Shown here in pieces: positions 8,151-17,115 of a stretch of DNA of 24,000 nucleotides. The notes beneath the pieces were generated by a model. The model searched no databases. It saw only the letters and a program-made list of their open reading frames with translations, and was not told the DNA's origin. Both the position numbers and the translations under genes were made by a program. The stretch is from Candidatus Bathyarchaeota archaeon (lineage in GTDB: Archaea; Thermoproteota; Bathyarchaeia; TCS64; B23), in the NCBI GenBank assembly GCA_029259285.1, contig JAPDJB010000174.1:1-24000 (forward strand). The letters run 5' to 3'. The stretch's first letter is position 1, and each line of letters opens with the position of its first letter.

Positions 8151-10145
8151 CTAATACCTAACCCTATATATCAGGACGAAGTGATGCTCCGAGGCGAAGA
8201 CCAGCTCGAAGTGCTCTGGGTCTGCGGTCATCGTCATCAACTTATAGAGGGTTGAATCATAGAACTTCTCCGTATACCTTCTATTGCTGTAGTAGTCCGT
8301 CAGGTTTAGGCCTGCTATCTGAACCATCCAGCTCCACTTCACATTGTCGCCGAAGGGCCACTGCTGCCTAGGATTGTTGGGGTTGAAGGTGGCGAAGACG
8401 AGGATATGCGTCGCCCCATAGCGTCTGAGGATCTCAAGGGATCTCGATTCGTTCAGCATCATTATGAGGGCTATCTGGGCGATCTGACGCTGAATCCTCG
8501 TCGATCCATCTGCGAGGGTTCGCTTACCCGCGACGGTCTCTATCCAGTAGCCGTAGTCCCACCAGGAGACGACTACAGCGTCCTCGGGGAGGTTGTCCCT
8601 CATCCACGTCAGGGCCTGAGGCCAATCCTGTGGGTATTCACCCCCGATCTGGACGGGGACGGCTGAGGAGGCGAAGGTTCCAGGCCTATAGGAGGTGGAG
8701 GCAGCCCTCCAGATTGTGGGCATCGTCGCAATGAGGATGAAGGCTATGAAGAGCATCGAAGCCTCACGGCCTACCCCCATCACCCTCCTCCGCCTTTCCC
8801 TCCCCCAGCCCGCGACCAGCTGGATATGGGGGGTTAGAAGCTCCACCAGGGCATAAGAGGCCATGAGGGCTGCCGGAATGGAGAGGATGAGGGTTAACCT
8901 GATCATGGAGCCGGCGAAGTAGAGGGCTGTGAGATAGAATAGGAGCGCGTAGAGCTTACGCTCATCGAGGCCTCTGAGGGCTACATAGCATCCGAAGACG
9001 GAGAGGGGGAGGATGAAGCCGAAGTCCATGAAGAAGCTGGTCCACACCGCCCTCTTATGCTCAGCCACAGACTCCAATAGAGGGCTTTCAGGCCTCTTAG
9101 AGGGATTTAAGACGCTGAGGAATTTGCCAGTCAGGGGCTTAGCTATCCCCACATATTGGAGTAGGAGGGCGACGCCGAGAGCCGAGATGGCCAGGATCAG
9201 CGCAGGTATGATGAGTCTCCTAAGGGCGATTCGAGGCCTCACGGCCTCATAGACGAGGAGCGTGACCACTAGGAGGAGAACGGTGACATTCTCCACGCTC
9301 AGGAGAAATCTGGGGCCAAGCTTGGGGACGGAGATGGCGAAGAGGTAGCCTATAAACATCGTTAGGCAGTAGGAGGTTAGCACCCGTCGATCATAGTGGC
9401 GGGTGAAGAGGGTTGAGAGGATGAAGAGGGTGAGGAGGCCGGTCATATACTTCGAGGCGCCCCACGAGGCGTAGAGATAGGCGAGGGCTAAGCCGGCTAG
9501 GGATGAGTATAGCAGCCTCCATATCAGAGGTCTCCCCCCATCTATGGAACGGAGGAATAGGAGCGATACGGCTGCCATTCCGAAGATGCCGATGTTCTCG
9601 GTGTCGAAGAAGCCTAGGCTTGTTCGACTGATGAAGGCTGGGCTTATCGCGACGAAGAGGGAGGAGAAGATGCCGGCGGCTCCACCTCCAAGGTCTCTAC
9701 CTAGGAGATAGACGACGAGGCAGGTGACCACGGCCATCAGGATGGGGAAGTGGATGCATACATCTCTAAGGGAGACCTCCACGCCCAACGTCCTGAGGAT
9801 CATGTATAGGGCTGCGGCTGAGAAGGGGAGTCCTGGAAAGGAGCTGTGGGGGATATCCCTCCCCATGGGATACCAGCTGAGGGTGTCATGCCAGCTGAAC
9901 CACGCCGAGAAGCCGTTTTCAACGACGTATTCAGCCACCCTATACTGGAAGAAGGGGTCATAGGCCGTTAGGTAGGCCCCCCACCTCAAGGGTAGCTCCC
10001 TCAGAGCCGCGGCGACGAAGAGGATGAGGATGAGGGATGAGACCTCCACGAGGCTGCGTCTATCAACCTCAAACCTCAGGCTGGCGAGGCTCTGAGGGAG
10101 TGATCCAAGGCGTCCAAGGGCGTCTCTGAGGCCGCTTATAGGCAT
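8151..10145 (-). CDS. aglB: Archaeal oligosaccharyltransferase AglB (STT3 family)
   Basis: Carries the catalytic WWDYGYWIE motif and an N-terminal YDPFFQYR first-loop acidic motif, with many TM segments followed by a soluble C-terminal domain. The ORF track extends to 10676, but that extension is low-complexity S/P/R-rich and antisense to the 10192-11295 gene. I place the start at the in-frame ATG at 10145 (MPISGLRDALG...). Confidence 0.9.
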   Translation of the reverse strand: MPISGLRDALGRLGSLPQSLASLRFEVDRRSLVEVSSLILILFVAAALRELPLRWGAYLTAYDPFFQYRVAEYVVENGFSAWFSWHDTLSWYPMGRDIPHSSFPGLPFSAAALYMILRTLGVEVSLRDVCIHFPILMAVVTCLVVYLLGRDLGGGAAGIFSSLFVAISPAFISRTSLGFFDTENIGIFGMAAVSLLFLRSIDGGRPLIWRLLYSSLAGLALAYLYASWGASKYMTGLLTLFILSTLFTRHYDRRVLTSYCLTMFIGYLFAISVPKLGPRFLLSVENVTVLLLVVTLLVYEAVRPRIALRRLIIPALILAISALGVALLLQYVGIAKPLTGKFLSVLNPSKRPESPLLESVAEHKRAVWTSFFMDFGFILPLSVFGCYVALRGLDERKLYALLFYLTALYFAGSMIRLTLILSIPAALMASYALVELLTPHIQLVAGWGRERRRRVMGVGREASMLFIAFILIATMPTIWRAASTSYRPGTFASSAVPVQIGGEYPQDWPQALTWMRDNLPEDAVVVSWWDYGYWIETVAGKRTLADGSTRIQRQIAQIALIMMLNESRSLEILRRYGATHILVFATFNPNNPRQQWPFGDNVKWSWMVQIAGLNLTDYYSNRRYTEKFYDSTLYKLMTMTADPEHFELVFASEHHFVLIYRVRY

Positions 10146-10191
10146 CCACCCCTGATAACTTTTAGAATAGTGGGGGAGACTCTTATTTAAC

Positions 10192-11295
10192 TTGCCACCT
10201 CTAGGCTTCATCGTAAACCCCATAGCGGGGATGGGAGGGCGAGTCGGTCTAAAGGGGACGGATGGGGAGGACGTTTTAAGGGAGGCTCTGAGGCGTGGGG
10301 CGAAGCCCTGGTCTCCCATTAGGGCACGGGAGTTCCTGCGACATCTAGGTGAGGCCGGCAGGTCTGTTAGATGGCTGACATGGAGCGGTGAGATGGGGGA
10401 GGAGCTTCTCAGCGAGGCTGGATACAGCTTTGAGGTTGTTGGGGAGGCCTCCAAGCCGACGACGGCTGAGGATACGAGGAGGGCTGCGAGGAGGATGGCT
10501 GAGAGGGGTGTAAGCCTCATCGTCTTCGCCGGAGGCGATGGAACCGCCTGCGACATAGTTGAGGCCATAGATATGGAGACCCCAATCCTCGGCATACCGG
10601 CTGGAGTCAAGATGTTCAGCGCCGTCTTCGCCCCAACGCCGAGGGCGGCAGCCCAGCTTCTCATAAAATACCTCAAGGGTGAGGCTCAGATAGTTGAGAG
10701 GGAGGTGATGGACATCGATGAGGATGCCTATAGAGCTGGACGATTGACGGCCACGTTGAAGGGGTATGCCAAAACCCCCTATGCACCACAACTACTCCTA
10801 AGCGGAAAAGAGACTGTGTCAGCCGTCGACGAGGAGTTGATGAAGGAGTCCATAGCCGCAAGGGTCGTGGAGATGATGAGGCCAGGCGTAAACTATATCC
10901 TAGGCCCAGGATCAACGGTGGCCAAGGTGGCCGAGCTCCTAGGGGTGGAGAAAACCCTCCTCGGCATCGACGTCGTCAAGGATGGGAGGCTCATCGTCAG
11001 GGATGCCTCGGAGGAGGATCTACTCAGGGTCGTCGAGGAGGGTGAAACCTGGATAGTTCTCTCCCCCCTGGGAGGCCAAGGCTCGCTGCTTGGGAGGGGG
11101 AATCAGCCGATCAGTCCGAGGGTTTTAAGACGAGTCGGCTTGGATCACATCATAGTCATCGCCACCCCAAATAAGCTGAGGGGCCTCAAAGCCCTAACCA
11201 TAGATACAGGCGACCCCGAGCTGGATGAGGCTCTACGGGGCTATAGGAGGGTGATCACAGGCTACCATGAGGAGAGGGTGATGAGGGTTATATAG
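10192..11295 (+). CDS. ATP-NAD kinase family protein (COG3199-type predicted polyphosphate/ATP NAD kinase)
   Basis: 367-aa ORF with the N-terminus GFIVNPIAGMGGRVGLKGTDG and a GGDGT motif, both typical of this family. The start is a TTG, 46 bp from the divergent aglB start. Confidence 0.8.
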   Translation: MPPLGFIVNPIAGMGGRVGLKGTDGEDVLREALRRGAKPWSPIRAREFLRHLGEAGRSVRWLTWSGEMGEELLSEAGYSFEVVGEASKPTTAEDTRRAARRMAERGVSLIVFAGGDGTACDIVEAIDMETPILGIPAGVKMFSAVFAPTPRAAAQLLIKYLKGEAQIVEREVMDIDEDAYRAGRLTATLKGYAKTPYAPQLLLSGKETVSAVDEELMKESIAARVVEMMRPGVNYILGPGSTVAKVAELLGVEKTLLGIDVVKDGRLIVRDASEEDLLRVVEEGETWIVLSPLGGQGSLLGRGNQPISPRVLRRVGLDHIIVIATPNKLRGLKALTIDTGDPELDEALRGYRRVITGYHEERVMRVI

Positions 11296-11299
11296 ACGG

Positions 11300-11770
11300 C
11301 TATTCGTCGAGGATGTCGAAGCTAATCTCCAAGAGCTCCCTGGATGGTCGATGCCTAAACTTCCTGATCTTAATCCTCCCTATCTCACCCGTCGTCTCCG
11401 TATGCTTCTCACGGCAGGCGTTGACATTCCAACCCTCGATATGGAGGATCCTAAGCCTCTCAACCCCTGATGGCAGGGGGAAGAGGTCGTAGATGGCGTC
11501 TCCCCAGCGCTCCTCAGCCTCCTCACGGGTCATCTCTAACTCCTCTATGGGGGCGTCCTCCTCGATCTTCCTATTCGCCTCCTCCTCAACCCTCTCCATC
11601 TCCTCCCTCGACGGCTTACGATGATACTTGACGATCAGGCATCCATGTGACCCCTTAACATGGACGCTGGCCGTCCATCTCGCCCCTAAAACCTTCTGGA
11701 CTGCTCCCTTCAAGACGTGGAGAGCCGTATGAGTTCTAACCTCCAATGGTGGCTTCTCCTCCATAGGCAT
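11300..11770 (-). CDS. alaX: Alanyl-tRNA editing protein AlaX-S (AlaRS second additional domain homolog)
   Basis: 156-aa ORF with the [10 protein letters not shown] (HxxxH) zinc motif and a later CREKH motif. The size matches the small AlaX type. Confidence 0.8.
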   Translation of the reverse strand: MPMEEKPPLEVRTHTALHVLKGAVQKVLGARWTASVHVKGSHGCLIVKYHRKPSREEMERVEEEANRKIEEDAPIEELEMTREEAEERWGDAIYDLFPLPSGVERLRILHIEGWNVNACREKHTETTGEIGRIKIRKFRHRPSRELLEISFDILDE

Positions 11771-11812
11771 CAGTATAGTTAGTCGACCTCTAGAAAGGGT
11801 TTGAGGGCTAGC

Positions 11813-12568
11813 CTAATAGCCATGGTATAGCCTGGAGGCGAGGAACTCGGGGAGACCTAGCCTCCTCATCCTCCCAGCCACCTCATCGATGTCATATTCA
11901 ACCCTTCTATGATGCATGGAGACCTCTCCCCCCTCCACCTCTAGCAGCATATAGCTGGCCCTCGGATCCCCATCCCTAGGCTGTCCAACGGATCCTGGAT
12001 TCACGAGGTATCGGCCATCAACCCTAATCAGATAGGGGATATGTGTATGCCCAAGGAGCAGTATATCCGCCTCCGCCATCCTCAGCAGCCTCTCAGCCAA
12101 TACATAGGCCTCATGGGGGAAGACATATTCATTCAGGGGGTCTCTGGGGCTTCCATGATAGAGTGCGATGTGAACCCCCTCCACCTCCAGGCTTAGATGG
12201 CTGGGCAGATCACCAAGCCATCTCACGGCGTCCATCCCCAGTAGCCTCCGATTTATCTGGACAGCCGCGGCGGCGTAGGGGTTGAAGCCCCAGGTCTCCC
12301 CCGAGGCCACCGCGGCGTCGTGGTTTCCCGCGACGCATCTAAAGCCCCTCATCTTAACCTCGGAGATGCATTCTCCAGGGTCTGGGCCGTATCCCACGAT
12401 GTCTCCGAGGCAGAGGGCCATATCCCAGCTCCCCGCGTCCTCCAGCACCTCCCTGAGGGCTGTGTGATTACTATGGATGTCGCCCAGCACCAATAGCTTC
12501 AAGCCCTCACCCCTTAATAGGATCCGAGGGGAACGCTTAACATCTCCCATCGCGTTAGACTCTATCAA
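11813..12568 (-). CDS. Metallophosphoesterase (YfcE/MJ0936 calcineurin-like family)
   Basis: Carries the motifs LVLGDIHSNH, GDIVGYGPDP, GNHD and GHTH. The track start at 12568 abuts the divergent ORF at 12569. More likely starts are the ATG at 12550 or the TTG at 12502, which gives MKLLVLGDIH and is preceded by GGGGTGAGGG. Confidence 0.85.
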   Translation of the reverse strand: MIESNAMGDVKRSPRILLRGEGLKLLVLGDIHSNHTALREVLEDAGSWDMALCLGDIVGYGPDPGECISEVKMRGFRCVAGNHDAAVASGETWGFNPYAAAAVQINRRLLGMDAVRWLGDLPSHLSLEVEGVHIALYHGSPRDPLNEYVFPHEAYVLAERLLRMAEADILLLGHTHIPYLIRVDGRYLVNPGSVGQPRDGDPRASYMLLEVEGGEVSMHHRRVEYDIDEVAGRMRRLGLPEFLASRLYHGY

Positions 12569-12895
12569 ATGGGCTTGGAGCTATCAACGGCGGAGACTCT
12601 CCTTGAGGGCCGTCCACTGAGGGCTGCCCTACTAGAGCTTGGAAACGCCGTCATCGCCCTCATCTGGCTTGGAGATGAGCCGAAGCTTGGAACCCTCACC
12701 ATCTCCATGCCTGGAGGCGTCTCCTCCCCCCTCCTGGGCGATAGGGATCGGATGTTGGGGCAGGTCATAGGTGAACGCCTAGCTCATCTCTATGGGAAGA
12801 TGGCCCTAGTCTCGATAAGCCTCCCCCAGGGCCTGGGAGTCTCCGCCGGCAGAGTCCTCATGAAACTGATGGAGGAGCTGGTGAGGGGGCATTGA
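12569..12895 (+). CDS. Small hypothetical protein, first gene of the UbiD/AcnX operon
   Basis: 108-aa ORF whose stop overlaps the UbiD TTG start (12892-12895). I recognise no motif. The antisense 67-aa ORF is S/R/P-rich and less plausible. Confidence 0.55.
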   Translation: MGLELSTAETLLEGRPLRAALLELGNAVIALIWLGDEPKLGTLTISMPGGVSSPLLGDRDRMLGQVIGERLAHLYGKMALVSISLPQGLGVSAGRVLMKLMEELVRGH

Positions 12896-14235
12896 GCGAT
12901 CTACGGGGCTTCCTGAGGGAGCTGGACTCCCAGGGGCTGCTCCTCCACATAGGGGAGATGCTCTCAACAAGATTTGAGATCGCCGCCGTGATGAGGCATC
13001 TAGATGGCAGGCCCCTACTATTCGAGAGGGTTGAGGGCTATAGGCATAGAGTGGCAGCCGGCCTCTGCTCCAGCAGAGACCTCATCCAAAGGGCTTTAGG
13101 CATCGAGGGTGTACAGCTCTATGAGGGACTCCTCCAAGCCGTTAGGAATCCACGGAGATGTGAAGTCGGCGACGGCCCCGTGAAGGAGAGGGTGGTGGAT
13201 AAGCCAAAGCTGAGCCAGCTACCCATCCTCACCCACTTTGAGGGCGACCCAGGCCCCTACATCACATCGGCGGCCCTCTACGCCAAGACGCCTGACGGCG
13301 AGGTTGAGAACGTCTCCATACACCGCCTCCTCGTCCTCGACGACCATAGATTGACGCTTAGAATCGTCCCGAGGCATCTATACAGAATCGTTGAGGCGGC
13401 GAGGGAGAGCGGCGTAGAGAGCATAGATGTCAGCATCTCCACAGGGCTTCACCCAGCCGTTCTCCTAGCGGCTTCGACGCCCGCCCCATACGGAGTCTCG
13501 GAGTTCGATGTGGCCAACGCCCTCCTAGATGGAGGCCTCAAATTGACGGAGTGTGAACACGTCGACGCCCTGGCTCCGGCTGACGCAGAGCTGGTTTTGG
13601 AGGGACATTTGAAGGTGGATGAGACGGCTGTTGAGGGCCCCTTCGTCGATCTGACGGGAACCTACGATGTGGAGCGGAGGCAGCCGATCATCGAGGTTGT
13701 CGGAGCCATGTATAGGGCTGACTACATCTATCAGGCCCTCCTCCCCTCTGGGATGGAGCATCGCCTGTTGATGGGTCTGCCACGGGAGGCTCAGATATGG
13801 GAGTATGTCCGAGGCATCACGCCCCATGTTAGGGGTGTAAACCTCACATCTGGGGGCTGTGGATGGCTCCACTGCATCGTCAGCATCCGGAAGGTTCGGG
13901 AGGGGGATCCGAAGAATGTTTTGATGGCAGTCTTCGCAGCTCATCCAAGCCTTAAGCATGCCGTCGTCGTCGATGAGGACATCGACCCATACAACCTTGA
14001 GGAGGTGGAGTGGGCCATAGCCACAAGGTTCAGAGGGGATGAAGACCTACTGATCATACCTCACGTCAGGGTTTCAAGCCTAGACCCAGCGTCGGATCAG
14101 AGGCTTGAACTCGGCTGTAAGGTGGGCGTCGACGCCACTAGGCCGCTGTCTATGCCTGAGCATCACTTCAAGAGGGCTGAGATACCTGTTTCGGAGCGTG
14201 TTAGACGTCTGTTGGGGAGGCTGGGATGTATCTAA
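12892..14235 (+). CDS. UbiD-family decarboxylase, candidate trans-anhydromevalonate 5-phosphate decarboxylase
   Basis: 447-aa ORF with a UbiD-like N-terminus (DLRGFLRELDSQGLLLHI) and UbiD-typical length. The functional call rests on direct coupling to the AcnX large and small subunits. Confidence 0.85.
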   Translation: MSDLRGFLRELDSQGLLLHIGEMLSTRFEIAAVMRHLDGRPLLFERVEGYRHRVAAGLCSSRDLIQRALGIEGVQLYEGLLQAVRNPRRCEVGDGPVKERVVDKPKLSQLPILTHFEGDPGPYITSAALYAKTPDGEVENVSIHRLLVLDDHRLTLRIVPRHLYRIVEAARESGVESIDVSISTGLHPAVLLAASTPAPYGVSEFDVANALLDGGLKLTECEHVDALAPADAELVLEGHLKVDETAVEGPFVDLTGTYDVERRQPIIEVVGAMYRADYIYQALLPSGMEHRLLMGLPREAQIWEYVRGITPHVRGVNLTSGGCGWLHCIVSIRKVREGDPKNVLMAVFAAHPSLKHAVVVDEDIDPYNLEEVEWAIATRFRGDEDLLIIPHVRVSSLDPASDQRLELGCKVGVDATRPLSMPEHHFKRAEIPVSERVRRLLGRLGCI

Positions 14236-15416
14236 CCCGACTTGAGGAGGAGATGCTGGAGGGAGAGATGGGGGAGGCCGTGGCGAGGGCTATGAGCCTC
14301 CTCGTCGCCCTCGGAGAGGTCTTCGAGGCTGAGAGGCTAATAGAGGTGGAGAGCGCCCACATCTCAGGGGTCTCCTATAAGAACCTCGGTGAAGCTGGAT
14401 TGGAGTATCTGGAGGAGCAGGCTGAGCTGGGGGCCAGTGTGCGTATAAGGGCGACGCTCAACCCTGCTGGAATGGATTTGGAGCGGTGGAGGGAGATGGG
14501 GGTCTCCCCTGAATTCGCTGAGGGTCAGCTTAGGGTGATAGAGGCCTATAGGCGTATGGGTGTTGAGGCCACATGCACCTGCACACCCTATCTCATAGGT
14601 CATAGGCCGAGGGCTGGAAGCCAGATCGCCTGGGCTGAGTCCTCAGCCGTCGCCTATGTCAACTCGGTTCTTGGCGCCAGAACGAATAGGGAGACTGGGC
14701 CTACAGCCCTCGCCTCAGCGATCACGGGTAGGGCGCCGCTACATGGCTATCGATTGGAGGAGAATAGGAGGCCGAGCATCATCGTGGAGGTGAAGACTCC
14801 CCTAAGCTCCAAATTCGATTATGGCGCCCTCGGCTATCTCATCGGAGAGATGGCGGGTCGAAGCGTCCCCTACATCAGGGGTTTGAGGGGCGCCAGCATA
14901 GAGCAGCTTAAGGCCCTCTCCGCGGCCATAGCCACCTCCGGAGGGGTAGCCCTCTACCACATTGAGGGCTTAACCCCCGAGGCTCGGAGGATGTCGCGGC
15001 ACCTCGAAGGCTTGGAGCGTATACCAGTAAAGCCCGACAGCCTAGGGGAGGTAGCTGAACGCTTCCAGGGGGCTGGGGAGGACGCCGTAATCTGCGTCGG
15101 CTGCCCCCACTGCAGCCTCAGAGAGCTGATGGAGGTCGCCCGTCTCCTGGAGCGTCGCAGCGGTGAGAGACTCTGGGCCTTCACCAGTAGAGGCGTCTAC
15201 ATGAAGGCTGAGCGGCTCGGCATCGTCAAGGCCATCGAGGAGGCTGGGGGGAGGGTCTACAGGGATACCTGCATGGTGGTGGCGCCTCTCAGGGAGATGG
15301 GCTGGAGGGAGGTGGCGACGAACAGCTTCAAGGCTGCCCACTACCTCTCCTCCATGGGCCTCACGGTTCAGGTTGCGCCTCTAAGGGAGCTCCTGGGTGG
15401 AGGCCATGAGGATTAG
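14226..15416 (+). CDS. Aconitase X catalytic (large) subunit, DUF521; candidate phosphomevalonate dehydratase large subunit
   Basis: 396-aa ORF with the N-terminus MYLTRLEEEMLEGEMGEAVARAM...ESAHISGVSY and Cys segments CTCTPY and VGCPHCS, as in AcnX. It overlaps the UbiD stop by 10 nt. Confidence 0.85.
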   Translation: MYLTRLEEEMLEGEMGEAVARAMSLLVALGEVFEAERLIEVESAHISGVSYKNLGEAGLEYLEEQAELGASVRIRATLNPAGMDLERWREMGVSPEFAEGQLRVIEAYRRMGVEATCTCTPYLIGHRPRAGSQIAWAESSAVAYVNSVLGARTNRETGPTALASAITGRAPLHGYRLEENRRPSIIVEVKTPLSSKFDYGALGYLIGEMAGRSVPYIRGLRGASIEQLKALSAAIATSGGVALYHIEGLTPEARRMSRHLEGLERIPVKPDSLGEVAERFQGAGEDAVICVGCPHCSLRELMEVARLLERRSGERLWAFTSRGVYMKAERLGIVKAIEEAGGRVYRDTCMVVAPLREMGWREVATNSFKAAHYLSSMGLTVQVAPLRELLGGGHED

Positions 15417-15801
15417 GGGTCGAAGAATAGTCGGCGGATACGCGGAGGGGGAGGCCCTAGTCAGCTCAGCTTCCTTCAGCTTTTATGGAGGTGTAGACCC
15501 AGAGACCGGCATTATAACCGAGCCTGGCCATCCCCTGGAGGGTGAGAGCGTCGCTGGGAGGGTTTTCATCTTCCCCCATGGGAGGGGCAGCACCGTGGGC
15601 TGCTACATAATCTATCGTATGCATCGTCGGGGGACGGCCCCAGCGGCTGTCATAAACCTTGAGACGGAGACGATCATCGCCACGGGATGCGCCATGGCTG
15701 GAATCCCACTTATGGATCGCCTAGAGGAGAATCCGTTGAGGTTGATTAGGAGCGGCGACTACATCGTTGTCAACGCCGATGAGGGATACATCGAGATTTA
15801 G
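15397..15801 (+). CDS. Aconitase X swivel (small) subunit, DUF126; candidate phosphomevalonate dehydratase small subunit
   Basis: 134-aa ORF with GGYAEGEALVS...SFYGGVDPETG...PHGRGSTVG, typical of DUF126. The track start is the GTG at 15397. The ATG at 15406, preceded by GGTGGAGG, is more likely. Confidence 0.85.
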   Translation: MEAMRIRGRRIVGGYAEGEALVSSASFSFYGGVDPETGIITEPGHPLEGESVAGRVFIFPHGRGSTVGCYIIYRMHRRGTAPAAVINLETETIIATGCAMAGIPLMDRLEENPLRLIRSGDYIVVNADEGYIEI

Positions 15802-17042
15802 CCAGAGGCCTCGAGGAGTTTTCCCGCTTCTTTCCTGACCCTATCCAAGTCCTCAGCCCTACAATAGACCCTGAGGATGTTTATGTAGCCCAGTAGAATG
15901 GGGGCGAGGGGTGAGACATCGCTGAAGTTTACACATCTCCTCGAGCCGTCGGGTTCCCTGATGAACAGCCTTATCTCCTCCGGCCTACTACTTCCAGGGT
16001 TGTAGGGGACTGATGGGGCCGTTGAGACGTCGACGATGAGGAAGCGGCCGTCGGCTCCACTTCTCTCAGCCAGAGTCTCCTCCAGCTCCTCCACCCTCAG
16101 CTTTAGGTCTTGGAGCTCCTCCTCCCCTAGGAAGCGTTCATAGGCGCATTTCAGCAGCCTCCTCCCCCTCAGCATCTCAGCCATCCTCCTGGCCGTCTCC
16201 AGTTCTCCATCGCCCTCTAGGGTTAGGAGCATCGATAGAACCCTCTCATCGTCTAGGTTGAGGTAGTCGTCGAGGGATTTGAAATCCGTTAGGCCTAGGG
16301 CTTCATCGGCCAGCTCCATAGCCCTGATGAGCATCACCGAGGCAGCCCTAACGGTTCTGTGGAAATAGACAGCCTTAAACATCTCATATCTAGCGATGAG
16401 GAAGGCCTCCAAGGCGTAGAGGGCCGTCATATCCATCGATAGCACATCGTCTAGGACGTCGACGGAGTCTATGAGCCTCCGGACGTCGATCCTTCCATAC
16501 TCGACTCCTGTGTAGTAGCTGTCCCTGACGAGGTAGTCCAGCGTATCGGCGCTGAACTGACCCGCCACCACCTGATTGAGGAAGCCCCTGCCAGGGAGCC
16601 GGCCAACCGAGAGCTCCGAGACCTCTAAGGGTTTGAAGCCATAGTCGCCGAGAACGTCGGCCACGACGGTCTCAACGATGATCCTGCGCCCCAAATCCTC
16701 GTGGCTCAGCCCCCTTCTTCTCAGGAGTTCCTCGAAGAGATGGCTGAAGGGGCCGTGGCCGACGTCGTGGAGCAATCCAGCCAGTCTAAGAAGCTCCACG
16801 TCATCTCCATCTATGAGGGCTAGGTCTCTGAGTCTCTCGCCGAAGAGGCCTGAGAGATGCATGGCTCCGAGGCTGTGCTGAAACCTACTGTGCTCCGCCC
16901 CTGGATAGGTTAGATGGGCCATAGCCAGCTGCCTTATACGCCTCAGCCTCTGAAGGGGCCAGGTGTCGAGAACCCCTCTCTCAGCCTCTGATAGTTCTAT
17001 GTAGCCGTGTATGGGGTCTTTTATCTCCCCCCACTTCATCAT
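15798..17042 (-). CDS. HD-domain phosphohydrolase (SAMHD1/dNTP triphosphohydrolase-like)
   Basis: 414-aa ORF with DPIHGYIELS...LQRLRRIRQL, RFQHSLGAMHL and LLHDVGHGPFSH, which together form the HD superfamily dNTPase-like signature. Confidence 0.85.
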   Translation of the reverse strand: MMKWGEIKDPIHGYIELSEAERGVLDTWPLQRLRRIRQLAMAHLTYPGAEHSRFQHSLGAMHLSGLFGERLRDLALIDGDDVELLRLAGLLHDVGHGPFSHLFEELLRRRGLSHEDLGRRIIVETVVADVLGDYGFKPLEVSELSVGRLPGRGFLNQVVAGQFSADTLDYLVRDSYYTGVEYGRIDVRRLIDSVDVLDDVLSMDMTALYALEAFLIARYEMFKAVYFHRTVRAASVMLIRAMELADEALGLTDFKSLDDYLNLDDERVLSMLLTLEGDGELETARRMAEMLRGRRLLKCAYERFLGEEELQDLKLRVEELEETLAERSGADGRFLIVDVSTAPSVPYNPGSSRPEEIRLFIREPDGSRRCVNFSDVSPLAPILLGYINILRVYCRAEDLDRVRKEAGKLLEASG

Positions 17043-17115
17043 CCACCTTTAGTCTCCGAGACCTTTAAGGCTACTCAAAGATGTTTTATCCAACTCCCAT
17101 GACTCCCTTTATGGG

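Noticed and set aside
10146-10676. A 177-codon N-terminal extension of the aglB ORF (track ORF 8151-10676, 841 aa).
   Set aside because: The extension is S/P/R/A-rich low-complexity sequence. It is fully antisense to the well-supported NAD-kinase-like gene. An in-frame ATG at 10145 gives a normal AglB N-terminus. Long stop-free antisense frames are expected in GC-rich DNA.
10345-10915. Minus-strand ORFs of 148 and 80 aa inside the NAD-kinase-like gene.
   Set aside because: These are antisense shadow ORFs with low-complexity R/S/P-rich sequence.
12565-12768. A 67-aa minus-strand ORF antisense to the 108-aa ORF upstream of the UbiD gene.
   Set aside because: It is shorter and S/R/P-rich. It would fuse awkwardly upstream of the phosphoesterase gene. 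The plus-strand ORF is longer and translationally coupled to the UbiD gene. The choice is not certain.
13525-13959. A 144-aa minus-strand ORF inside the UbiD gene, plus similar antisense ORFs at 14364-14603 and 14954-15341.
   Set aside because: They are antisense to confidently recognised UbiD/AcnX genes and carry no motifs.
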